Source of the DNA: Coprothermobacterota bacterium
Lineage (GTDB): Bacteria > Coprothermobacterota > HKB111
DNA length: 31,989 bases
Assembly (NCBI GenBank): GCA_037440465.1
Contig: JBBIUB010000015.1
Span: 1-31,989 of the forward strand
Direction of reading: 5' to 3'
Each line of letters opens with the position of its first letter. Within the stretch, counting starts at the first letter, position 1. Both the position numbers and the translations under genes were made by a program. Of the stretch, positions 1-8,244 are shown one piece after another. The notes under the pieces were generated by a model. It did not search any database and was not told the DNA's origin. It saw only the letters and a program-made list of their open reading frames with translations.

Positions 1-26
1 TTCTTCTTGGCACTTGCCCACCTTCT

Positions 27-107
27 AATCTCCCCTAACCCCTCTTTATAAAAGAAGGGAATCTTGGGATTTTATAAATAATATTAACATATTTACCAAA
101 GGGGGAA
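27..107 (+). repeat. Small palindromic intergenic repeat (CCCCTCTTT..AAAGAAGGG hairpin plus TTTAC.AAAGGGGGA half-unit)
   Basis: AATCTCCCCTAACCCCTCTTTATAAAAGAAGGGA (27-60) folds into an imperfect hairpin, and TTTACCAAAGGGGGA follows near 93-107. It resembles the reverse complement of 15218-15284. Confidence 0.55.
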
Positions 108-128
108 GTATATTCTGAATTCTGACTA

Positions 129-1484
129 CTACCCTTGGTATTCTTTCACTTTACGATAGAGTGTACGAAGAGGAACCTTCAAAAGAGTTGCTGCTTCCCT
201 GAGATTCCCACCTGTTTTCCGTAGTGCCAATATTATTAGTTCCCTTTCCCTGTCTTTTAAGGCTTGCTCTAAAGACGGAAAAGGCTCCCCTTCTTTTAAT
301 ATAGAGGGTTTTTCACCTTCTGTAGATACAGAGGGGATATCCAAGACAACCAGCGAGCCACGGCTAAGGGAAACGCTCCTCGCAATTATATTTTCCAGTT
401 CTCTAACATTTCCGGGAAGAGGATAGTCTTGGAGTATTTCCAGACTACCGGGATTTAGTGTTAAACCTTCTCGCCCATACTCCAGAGAGTATTTTCTTAA
501 GAAATACTCAGCGAGAAGGGGTATGTCTCCTTCTCTTTCTCTTAAGGGTGGAAGGTCAATCTTTACCACTTCCACCCGGAAGTATAAATCTTCTCTGAAC
601 TTTCCTTCGCGGACCATCTTTTTCAAATCACGGTTGGTAGCAAAGATGAAGCGGGTATCCACCTCTATTTCGTCTCTTCCACCCAACCTTCTTACCTTTT
701 TATCCTGTAAGACCCTGAGAAGTTTTGCCTGCAGGGGTAGAGACATATCACCTATCTCATCAAGAAAGATTGTTCCACCTTCAGCCTCTTCAAAACGACC
801 GCCCTTGCTTTGATTAGCACCGGTAAAGGCCCCTTTCTCATATCCAAAGAGCTCGCTTTCCAGGAGAGTCTCTGGGATGGCTGCACAGTTCACAGGAATA
901 AAAGGTCCTTTAGAGCGTGGTGATAACCTGTGTATGGATTTAGCCACCAGCTCTTTTCCGCTTCCTGACTCACCTGTTATGAGAACCGGCACACTCAGGG
1001 GGGATACCTGACCGATGATCTTGAAGACCTCCTGAATGCGGGGGGATTTACCCACAAAGGTTTCCTTGAAGGTTTCTATCTTTACCGGTTTTTCTTCTGC
1101 TGGGAGTTTACTGAAAGACAGCGCTTTTATAACTACTTCTTCTACATCCCTGATTCCAAAGGGTTTTACGAAATAGTCAAAAGCCCCTTCTGTCATGGCA
1201 GTGGTGGCAGTATCAAAGTCGCCATAGGCGGTAAGGATGATGATAGGAGCACTAAAACCAGCTGATTTCAACTCCTTAAGAACAGATATCCCGTCTTTTT
1301 TAGGCATACGCACATCCAGAAGAACTACATCAGGCTTAAGAGTTAAAGCTTTAGCTAACCCTTCTTCACCGTCTCTGGCTTCTTCTACATCACCGAAATA
1401 GGCGAGGGTCTCCTTCAAAAGATTACGGATGGAAGGTTCATCGTCTATTAGGAGTATAAGAGGTGCTGAACATGTTTTTTTCAT
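129..1484 (-). CDS. Sigma54-dependent response regulator (AtoC/NtrC family: REC + AAA+ + Fis-type HTH)
   Basis: The receiver shows LLIDDE, LLDVRMP, LTAYG and FVKP. The AAA+ domain has Walker A GESGSGKE, the GAFTGA loop, Walker B FLDEIG and PGNVRELEN. The C-terminal HTH is GNLREAATLL..RTLYRK. The start is ambiguous: the ORF is open to 1535, and ATG 1484 directly precedes the receiver domain. Confidence 0.95.
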   Translation of the reverse strand: MKKTCSAPLILLIDDEPSIRNLLKETLAYFGDVEEARDGEEGLAKALTLKPDVVLLDVRMPKKDGISVLKELKSAGFSAPIIILTAYGDFDTATTAMTEGAFDYFVKPFGIRDVEEVVIKALSFSKLPAEEKPVKIETFKETFVGKSPRIQEVFKIIGQVSPLSVPVLITGESGSGKELVAKSIHRLSPRSKGPFIPVNCAAIPETLLESELFGYEKGAFTGANQSKGGRFEEAEGGTIFLDEIGDMSLPLQAKLLRVLQDKKVRRLGGRDEIEVDTRFIFATNRDLKKMVREGKFREDLYFRVEVVKIDLPPLREREGDIPLLAEYFLRKYSLEYGREGLTLNPGSLEILQDYPLPGNVRELENIIARSVSLSRGSLVVLDIPSVSTEGEKPSILKEGEPFPSLEQALKDRERELIILALRKTGGNLREAATLLKVPLRTLYRKVKEYQG

Positions 1485-1518
1485 CCTATGTTTATTATCC
1501 TTTCTGTCATCAGGCCTC

Positions 1519-1570
1519 ATTGTTTTATTGGTCATCCTTTATTTATTGTTTTATTGGTCATCCTTATTTT
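1519..1570. repeat. 26-bp near-perfect tandem duplication
   Basis: ATTGTTTTATTGGTCATCCTT occurs exactly at 1519-1539 and 1545-1565 (period 26). Confidence 0.9.
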
Positions 1571-1573
1571 ATT

Positions 1574-3313
1574 TCAGGAGCTATACTTTTTTCTATCTCC
1601 CAATTTAATAACAAAACTCGTTCCCTTGCCCGGCGTAGAAGAAACGGTAAGCTCCCCATCGTGGGCACTTACTATGGAATGGGCTATAGATAGACCTAAG
1701 CCCACTCCCTTCTCTTTTCTGGAAAAAAATGGGTCAAAGATATGGTTAATAACTTCGGGTGGCAAACCTTCACCGGTATCTTTTACTTCCAACCAGGTAC
1801 TATTTTTATCCACCTCACCTTGAAGGGTGAGACTTCCACCTTGAGGCATAGCTTCTAAGGCGTTTTTAATGAGATTGGTAAGAACACGCAACATTTTCTC
1901 CCTATCAACTTCAATCATTCCATTTTTAATAGAGACCGTAACCTCAATTCTTTGTGCCTTCAAAAGAGGAATATAACCTGTTAGGGCTTCTTCTATCAGG
2001 CTCTTAAGGAAGACCTTTTCTTTTTTGGGAGGGATAGGTCGTCCTAAATAGAGAAGCTCGCCTATGAGTTGGTTTAATCTTCCTGTTTCATTAAGGATGT
2101 ATTCCAGATACTTTTTCTCCTTTTCTCCCAGAGGAGATTTAAGAAGAAGTTCTGTATAACCCTTTACAGCGGTTAGTGGGTTCTTAATCTCGTGGGTTAA
2201 AGAGGCAATAAGTAAGCCCAGCGAGGCTATCCTTTCCTTTCTCTTAAGTTCCTCTTGAAGTCTAACTCGTTCTGTTACTTCTTCCAGAAGTAGAAGGGCA
2301 CCACCTTCTAACCCTACAACAAAGAGATTAAAAATTTTACCTTTGAAATTAATGTCCAGTATCTCAGTCTTCTCACCTCTTTTGATGGCAGTATGAACCT
2401 TAGGTGAAAAAAGGGTAGTTCCTGTAAGCTTCTCCAGAAGTTCATCGCCAGTGGATGATCCTTTAGAAAAGCCTATAAGCTTTTGAAAAGAATTGTTATG
2501 GATGAGAACTTTAAATGGTGGCTCCCTACCTTCGTCAAATGAGAGCAGCAAAAGGCCCACTGGTGATGATTCAAAGACCATATTAAGCCTGGAAACTGCT
2601 TCTTCCAGAGACGAAGCCAACCGATTGATGGCCTCCTCTACCTCACCCAACTCCCCTTCCAGAGGAGATATGCGGGCTTTAAGGTCTCTCTCCATACCCT
2701 GGAGCCCATCTTTTATAACCTTCACTCCGTGCCCAATGTTCCCGGAAAGAAAATAGGCACCAGTTATGGCTGCCACAAGAGAAAGGATAAGAATTAAAAA
2801 GATTACCCTCCTAAATGCCGCCAGGTCTTTTAAGATAAGAGTTAAACTTTCTTCAGAAAAAGAATGTCCAACCTGTCTGCCAGCATAATAGAGTGGGCTA
2901 TCAACTGAATAAACCCTTTCAGTAGGTGCTAAGGTTGGCCTCAAAGTAGCCACATCCCCGCCAAGGTCGAAAAAGAAGTAGCCTAAACCAACCTCAGGGT
3001 AGGAGTTCTGAATGAAGGTGACTTGTTCAATAAGAGCTTCTTCAAAAATTTCTTTGCTTTCTGATATAGGGAGCTCACTGGATATTACTTCGGAATATAT
3101 AAAAGGAGCTTTTCTCTCAAATTCTTTCTCTAAAAGAAGGGTGATGCCTTTTAATTTGGCTTTTCTTTCTCTGAAAAGGGCTTCTTCACCTTCATTCAGG
3201 AAAAAGTAAGCTGCCAGGAGCAAGGGAATGGAAACAAGTATGATGGTTATAACAAAAACCCGTACCCGGATGCTTTTTAGGTATTGAAGGTTTAAGGGAA
3301 AAGTAAAACTCAT
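1574..3313 (-). CDS. Membrane sensor histidine kinase, AtoS-like (2 TM, HAMP, PAS-like, HisKA, HATPase)
   Basis: Two hydrophobic helices, H-box THEIKNPL, N-box NLIKNA, G1 DTGEG, F-box IFDPFF and G2 GVGLGL. The extracytoplasmic PEVGLGYF resembles AtoS FPGIGAGYY (recalled, not aligned). Confidence 0.93.
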   Translation of the reverse strand: MSFTFPLNLQYLKSIRVRVFVITIILVSIPLLLAAYFFLNEGEEALFRERKAKLKGITLLLEKEFERKAPFIYSEVISSELPISESKEIFEEALIEQVTFIQNSYPEVGLGYFFFDLGGDVATLRPTLAPTERVYSVDSPLYYAGRQVGHSFSEESLTLILKDLAAFRRVIFLILILSLVAAITGAYFLSGNIGHGVKVIKDGLQGMERDLKARISPLEGELGEVEEAINRLASSLEEAVSRLNMVFESSPVGLLLLSFDEGREPPFKVLIHNNSFQKLIGFSKGSSTGDELLEKLTGTTLFSPKVHTAIKRGEKTEILDINFKGKIFNLFVVGLEGGALLLLEEVTERVRLQEELKRKERIASLGLLIASLTHEIKNPLTAVKGYTELLLKSPLGEKEKKYLEYILNETGRLNQLIGELLYLGRPIPPKKEKVFLKSLIEEALTGYIPLLKAQRIEVTVSIKNGMIEVDREKMLRVLTNLIKNALEAMPQGGSLTLQGEVDKNSTWLEVKDTGEGLPPEVINHIFDPFFSRKEKGVGLGLSIAHSIVSAHDGELTVSSTPGKGTSFVIKLGDRKKYSS

Positions 3314-3321
3314 TTTATTAT

Positions 3322-6300
3322 TTATCCATAACTTTTAATAATCACCCCTGAAGGAGATAGGAGCTCAATAAGCTTGTTATTCATCTCGTTATTATGAGCA
3401 ATGAAGTAGTTCGTGTGAATCAGTATCTCGCCTTCTCCTAACTTCAAAGTTAATACAACAGGGCATTTTCCTTTAGAAGTTGAAAGCATCTCTTTTAATT
3501 GAGGCAGTAGACTTTCCTGCTCTTCTGTTAGTATGAGCTCAAAAAGGACTTCTTTCTTCTCTCCTTTGGGCATATTCTTCAATTCATCTTCAGTTATAAA
3601 ACTGATAACCTTTTCCGTAAATATAGCTGGCGGTTTATCTTCTTCCCTTTTTACAATAACATCAAGGATTAGAAATCCTTTTTTGTTAAAATATGAAGAC
3701 ACCTCGTCATATAATTTTGAAAATACCATAATCTCCGCTTCTTGTGTCAGGTCAACAAGACGAATTTTGAGCATAGGCTTCCCGTTTCTGGTGGTTTTTC
3801 GGGAGTATCCTGTTATTCTCCCACCCACTCTACCATTCTGATTCTCTAAATTTAGGGCATTTTGACTATCTGACGCTAAAAGTTCTGAAAGATATACCAG
3901 GTTCTTATCTTCCCAGATATACCGATAGGAACTTAGAGGATGTCCACTTACATATAAGCCAAGCATCTCTTTCTCATATTCCAGAAGCTCCTCCTGGCTG
4001 AACTCGCCATTTCCATTACCATTATCTCCTTGGGACTTATCATTAAAATCAAAGAGATTTCCTGACTTTAAAGCATCTTTACCCTGCAGTTCCTTGAGTA
4101 AGACATTCCTGTTTTTCCCCAGAGAGTCAAAGGCTCCTGCTTTTATTAGTGATTCAATTGCTTTTTTGTTCACCTTCTTTCCTTCTACTCTATTTAAAAA
4201 ATCTTTCAAAGAGTAAAAAGGCTGTTCTTCTCGGACATTTATTATAGCCTTAGCTGCCCCTTCTCCTACATTCTTTACTGCTGAGAGACCGAATCTTATA
4301 CCTTCATTGGTCAAGGTAAATTGCATATCGGAAGTGGATACATCTGGAGGTAAAACAGGTATTTCTAATCTTCGGGCTTCTTCAATATATAAGGCGATGC
4401 GGTCTTCATTTTCCACTTTTCGGAGTAAGGCAGTGAGATATTCTCTTGGATAGTTAGCTTTAAGATAGGAAGTTTTGTAAGAAGTAAAGGCGTAAGAAGC
4501 CGCGTGTGATTTATTAAAACCATAATTGGAAAAGGCTTCTATTAATTGATAAAGCCTTGCTGCCTCGTTTGCACTTACACCTGTGTGTTTCTGGGTTCTT
4601 TCTATAAACTCCTTTTTTAGTCCTTCTATTATGTGGGCTTTCTTTTTTCCAATAGCCGCTCTCAAATTATCTGCTTCGTTAAGGGAAAAACCCGCCACAT
4701 TTCTTACCATCTCCAGAACCTGTTCTTGAAAAACAACTATGCCATAGGTATCTGATAGAGCTTCTCTGATAGCTTCGTGTGGATAAGATACTTCTCTACC
4801 ACCTTTTTTCCTGGCCAGAAATTCATTAATCTGGTCCATTGGTCCGGGTCGAAATAAAGCCAGAATAACCATGATATCCTGAATGGACTGGGGTTCAAAT
4901 TCACGAAGGAGCCTTCTCATTCCTGAAGATTCCAATTGGAAGACACCTGTGGATTCACCTTTTTTTAAAAGCTTAAAAGTCTCGCCATCATCAATAGGAA
5001 TGTTGTCCAGAGAAAATTCTGGTTCCCTCTTTTTTATTAGCTCTTCTGCATCTTTCATAACGGTAAGGGTTCTTAACCCAAGAATATCTATCTTAAGAAG
5101 CCCCAGAGTCTCCAGGGTATTCATATCATACTGAGTTAAAAGAGCTTCACCTGCAGATTGAAGAGGGACCAGCTCTGTTAAATCCTTCTCGTAGATAACC
5201 ACTCCTGCAGCATGGGTAGAAGCATGACGGGGATGTCCTTCTACCTTTCGAGCCATATCCAGTAATTCCCTGGCCTTACCATTCTCTTCGGACACTTTCT
5301 TAAGCTCGGCTACATTTTCTAAGGCTTCGGAAATAGTTGAGCCTTCCGGAATGAGCTTAGCAATCCTGTCCACCTCAATGAGTGGAATTTCCAGAACTCT
5401 ACCCACATCTCTTATCGCAGCACGGGCTTTCATAGTACCGAAGGTTATTATCTGAGCTACTGACCTTTCGCCATATTTCTTTTTTAAATAATTAATTACC
5501 TCTTCTCTTTTTTCGTAACAGAAATCTATATCAATATCTGGTAGAGCGATACGGGAAGGATTTAAGAATCTTTCAAAGAATAATCCGTACTTAAGAGGGT
5601 CAATATCTGTAATATTTAAGGCATAAGAAACAAGACTGCCGCTGCTGGAACCTCTGCCTGTTCCAACAGGTATACCTTTCACTTTTGCAAAATTAACAAA
5701 GTCTGCTACCACCACAAAGTAACCTTCAAAACCCATTTCCTCAATGATAGAAATCTCGTACTCCACTCTGTTAATAATTTCAGAAGAAATTGGGAGAGAG
5801 TATCTTCTTTCAAGGCCCTTATAGACGAGATGGCGTAAATATTCTTTATGGCTTTTAAATTCTTCTGGAATTGTACATTGAGGGAGGTGGGGATGAAAAG
5901 GAGGAAAAGTAAAATCAATCTTCTCTTGTACTTTTAGAGTATTTTGAAGAGTCTCAGGAATATCACTAAAAAGTAAAGACATCTCTTCTATGGATTTAAG
6001 ATAAAACTCTTCGCCGGTAAAACTTAATTTAGGATTAGCTAATGTAGAGCCTGTGCCTATCGCCAGCATAGCCTGGTGAGCAAGGGCGTCTTCTTTTCTT
6101 AAGTAATGAGTATCATTGGTGGCTACAAGTTTAATATCCAGTTCTTTTGCCAGTTTGAGCAGGTCACTTTCTATTTTTTCTTCTTCCGGCAAATTATGAC
6201 GACCAATCTCCAGGTAGAAATCGTCTCCACAGAGTTCTTTATAAAATGAAGCGGTTTTTTTTGCTCCTTTATAGTCATTTTTAATAAGATTTCTGGGTAT

Positions 6301-6723
6301 CTCGCCAGTAATACAGGCAGATAGAGCAACCAAACCTTCATAATGCTTGGCAAGGATTTCCTTATCTATCCTGGGTTTATACCAGAAGCCGTCCAGATGA
6401 GCAATGGTGGAAAGTTTTACCAGGTTTTTATACCCTTCAGCATTTTTAGCCAGTAGAACCAGGTGATAAAAATCATCGTCTTCTCGGGGAATATGGTCTT
6501 TAATTGTTCTGGGAGCCATATATGCTTCCAAACCCAGTATTGGTTTTATTCCTTGCTTATGACATTCACGATAAAACTCCATCAGACCATAGAGAACTCC
6601 ATGGTCAGTAATAGTTAGAGATTTATATTTTTGTGTTTTGGCTTTATTAACTAACTCTTTAATAGGGCAAAATCCATCAAGTAAGCTATATTCGGTGTGT
6701 ACGTGAAGATGAACAAATTCCAT
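3322..6723 (-). CDS. dnaE: DNA polymerase III alpha subunit
   Basis: PHP domain HLHVHTEYSLLDG / TDHG / ATNDTHY, then GRGSSSGSLV, catalytic PDIDID, KIDILGL, GVFQLES, YGFNKSHA and a C-terminal OB fold. An AAGGAG RBS lies upstream. Confidence 0.98.
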   Translation of the reverse strand: MEFVHLHVHTEYSLLDGFCPIKELVNKAKTQKYKSLTITDHGVLYGLMEFYRECHKQGIKPILGLEAYMAPRTIKDHIPREDDDFYHLVLLAKNAEGYKNLVKLSTIAHLDGFWYKPRIDKEILAKHYEGLVALSACITGEIPRNLIKNDYKGAKKTASFYKELCGDDFYLEIGRHNLPEEEKIESDLLKLAKELDIKLVATNDTHYLRKEDALAHQAMLAIGTGSTLANPKLSFTGEEFYLKSIEEMSLLFSDIPETLQNTLKVQEKIDFTFPPFHPHLPQCTIPEEFKSHKEYLRHLVYKGLERRYSLPISSEIINRVEYEISIIEEMGFEGYFVVVADFVNFAKVKGIPVGTGRGSSSGSLVSYALNITDIDPLKYGLFFERFLNPSRIALPDIDIDFCYEKREEVINYLKKKYGERSVAQIITFGTMKARAAIRDVGRVLEIPLIEVDRIAKLIPEGSTISEALENVAELKKVSEENGKARELLDMARKVEGHPRHASTHAAGVVIYEKDLTELVPLQSAGEALLTQYDMNTLETLGLLKIDILGLRTLTVMKDAEELIKKREPEFSLDNIPIDDGETFKLLKKGESTGVFQLESSGMRRLLREFEPQSIQDIMVILALFRPGPMDQINEFLARKKGGREVSYPHEAIREALSDTYGIVVFQEQVLEMVRNVAGFSLNEADNLRAAIGKKKAHIIEGLKKEFIERTQKHTGVSANEAARLYQLIEAFSNYGFNKSHAASYAFTSYKTSYLKANYPREYLTALLRKVENEDRIALYIEEARRLEIPVLPPDVSTSDMQFTLTNEGIRFGLSAVKNVGEGAAKAIINVREEQPFYSLKDFLNRVEGKKVNKKAIESLIKAGAFDSLGKNRNVLLKELQGKDALKSGNLFDFNDKSQGDNGNGNGEFSQEELLEYEKEMLGLYVSGHPLSSYRYIWEDKNLVYLSELLASDSQNALNLENQNGRVGGRITGYSRKTTRNGKPMLKIRLVDLTQEAEIMVFSKLYDEVSSYFNKKGFLILDVIVKREEDKPPAIFTEKVISFITEDELKNMPKGEKKEVLFELILTEEQESLLPQLKEMLSTSKGKCPVVLTLKLGEGEILIHTNYFIAHNNEMNNKLIELLSPSGVIIKSYG

Positions 6724-6744
6724 ATTATCTCCTTGTTTTATTAT

Positions 6745-6775
6745 GGTCCAAGGTTTCCAGGATTCGAGGATTCCA
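6745..6775. repeat. Degenerate octamer tandem repeat in the dnaE leader
   Basis: Units are GGTCCAA, GGTTTCCA, GGATTCGA and GGATTCCA. Confidence 0.55.
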
Positions 6776-6781
6776 CCTCAT

Positions 6782-6790
6782 AGTATAACA
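6782..6790 (-). promoter_or_regulatory. Putative extended -10 promoter for dnaE
   Basis: Minus-strand TGTTATACT (TGn-TATACT) sits in the gatB-dnaE spacer, about 60 bp upstream of the ATG. Confidence 0.5.
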
Positions 6791-6800
6791 CCGACCAGGT

Positions 6801-8243
6801 TTACCTCAACTTTTTTAGCTCTTCTTCAAGGATCTTACGAGTAATTACTGGATCTGCACGACCAGCACTCAGCTTTATAACCTTCCCTAAAAGATAGTTA
6901 AAAGCCTGGTCTTTCCCAACAAGATAATCTTCAACAGCACTTCTCTCTTCTTCAAGTACATCAACCACCAGGTTGTAAATTTCAACTGAACTACTTACAG
7001 AGGGTGGCATCTTTTCTAAAATGATATTCAATCTCTGGTTTGAATCCAAGCTCACTTTTAGGGCTTCCTTTATTTGTCCTCGGGTGTATTCTCCCTGCCT
7101 GACTTTTAAAATTACTTCACCAAGCTCTTGGGGAGAAAAGGGAAGTTCCAATATAGTTTTTCCTTCCTTAAAGAGACTTAGAACTTCGTTTAGAATCCAG
7201 GAAGATGCTTCTCCTATTTCTTTTATAACTTCAACCAGGTCTTTGAAGAAATAGAAAGTCTCAGGGTCCTTGGTCAGAGAAAAAGCATGCTCTTCCTTAA
7301 GCCCTTGTTTTATAAGCTCTTCTCTAAGTATTCCTGGTAATGATGTAAGCGAAAATTTAATACTTTCCAGGAATGGTTGTTCCAGAGGAAGCGCTGGAAG
7401 GTCGGGGTCTGGAAAATACCTGTAGTCGGAAGCTTCTTCCTTCCTCCTCTGAAGGACTGTAATACCTTCTTTTTCCAGAAAACCTCTCGTTTCTTGAGAA
7501 AGGACTTCTCCTCTGTTTAGAGTATTTTTCTGTCTTTCTATTTCATATATAAGTGCTCTCTCTACTGACTTAAAAGAATTCAAATTTTTGATTTCTGTTT
7601 TAACTCCAGGTTGAACATTTTTGTCTGGAAGCGATACATTAGTGTCAATCCTTAATGCTCCCTCTTCCATATTTCCTGTCCCCGCTCCGAGGAAGCGGAT
7701 AATTCTCTGGAGCTCCTCCAGAAAGGCTCTTCCTTCCTGTGGTGTTGCTAAAAATGGATAGGTAACAAGCTCTAATAGTGGAACGCCACTTCTATTGAAG
7801 TCTATTAAGACAGCTGTTGCGCCTTTAAGTTTTCCTTCAGGGTAAAGCAGTTTTGCTGTATCTTCTTCCAGGTGAATATCTTTAATCTTGACTTTATTGA
7901 TTTTACCTTCAAAAGGGAAAGAAACCTCACCTTCCACTCCAAGAAGGGTTTGATGTTGGGAGACCTGGTAATTCTTCGGTAAGTCCGGGTAAAAATAGTT
8001 TTTTCGGGAGAAGAAAAGAGAAGGAGCAATACTCGTATTTAGAGCTAACGCTACCTTTAAGGCGTGCTCCACAGCTTTTTTGTTAAGCGAAGGAAGCGTA
8101 CCCGGGTGTCCTACACAGATAGGGCAGATAAAAGTGTTTGGTTTATTTAGTGAAAGGTCATAAGTTGGGACCGGGCAGGCACAGAACATCTTGCTCTTAG
8201 TTTTTAGTTCCACGTGAATCTCAAAGCCAACATAGGCTTGCAT
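6801..8243 (-). CDS. gatB: Asp/Glu-tRNA amidotransferase subunit B
   Basis: GFEIHVELKTKSKMFC, CPICVGHPGTLP, RKNYFYPDLPKNYQ, HLEED, DFNRSGVPLLE, EIKNLNSF and DYRYFPDPDLP. Confidence 0.98.
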   Translation of the reverse strand: MQAYVGFEIHVELKTKSKMFCACPVPTYDLSLNKPNTFICPICVGHPGTLPSLNKKAVEHALKVALALNTSIAPSLFFSRKNYFYPDLPKNYQVSQHQTLLGVEGEVSFPFEGKINKVKIKDIHLEEDTAKLLYPEGKLKGATAVLIDFNRSGVPLLELVTYPFLATPQEGRAFLEELQRIIRFLGAGTGNMEEGALRIDTNVSLPDKNVQPGVKTEIKNLNSFKSVERALIYEIERQKNTLNRGEVLSQETRGFLEKEGITVLQRRKEEASDYRYFPDPDLPALPLEQPFLESIKFSLTSLPGILREELIKQGLKEEHAFSLTKDPETFYFFKDLVEVIKEIGEASSWILNEVLSLFKEGKTILELPFSPQELGEVILKVRQGEYTRGQIKEALKVSLDSNQRLNIILEKMPPSVSSSVEIYNLVVDVLEEERSAVEDYLVGKDQAFNYLLGKVIKLSAGRADPVITRKILEEELKKLR

Positions 8244-8244
8244 A

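Noticed and set aside
8..22. TGGCAC as a sigma54 -24 element
   Set aside because: The TTGC follows immediately, so there is no GC at the required -12 spacing.
1..51. Possible gene end or start at the window edge
   Set aside because: Too short, with no recognisable motif in any frame.
5769..5777. Single TGTTAATAA variant box within dnaE
   Set aside because: One AT-rich nonamer in a CDS is plausible by chance.
3322..6723. Intein or split in DnaE
   Set aside because: The length is ordinary, motifs are contiguous, and no intein or endonuclease motifs were seen.
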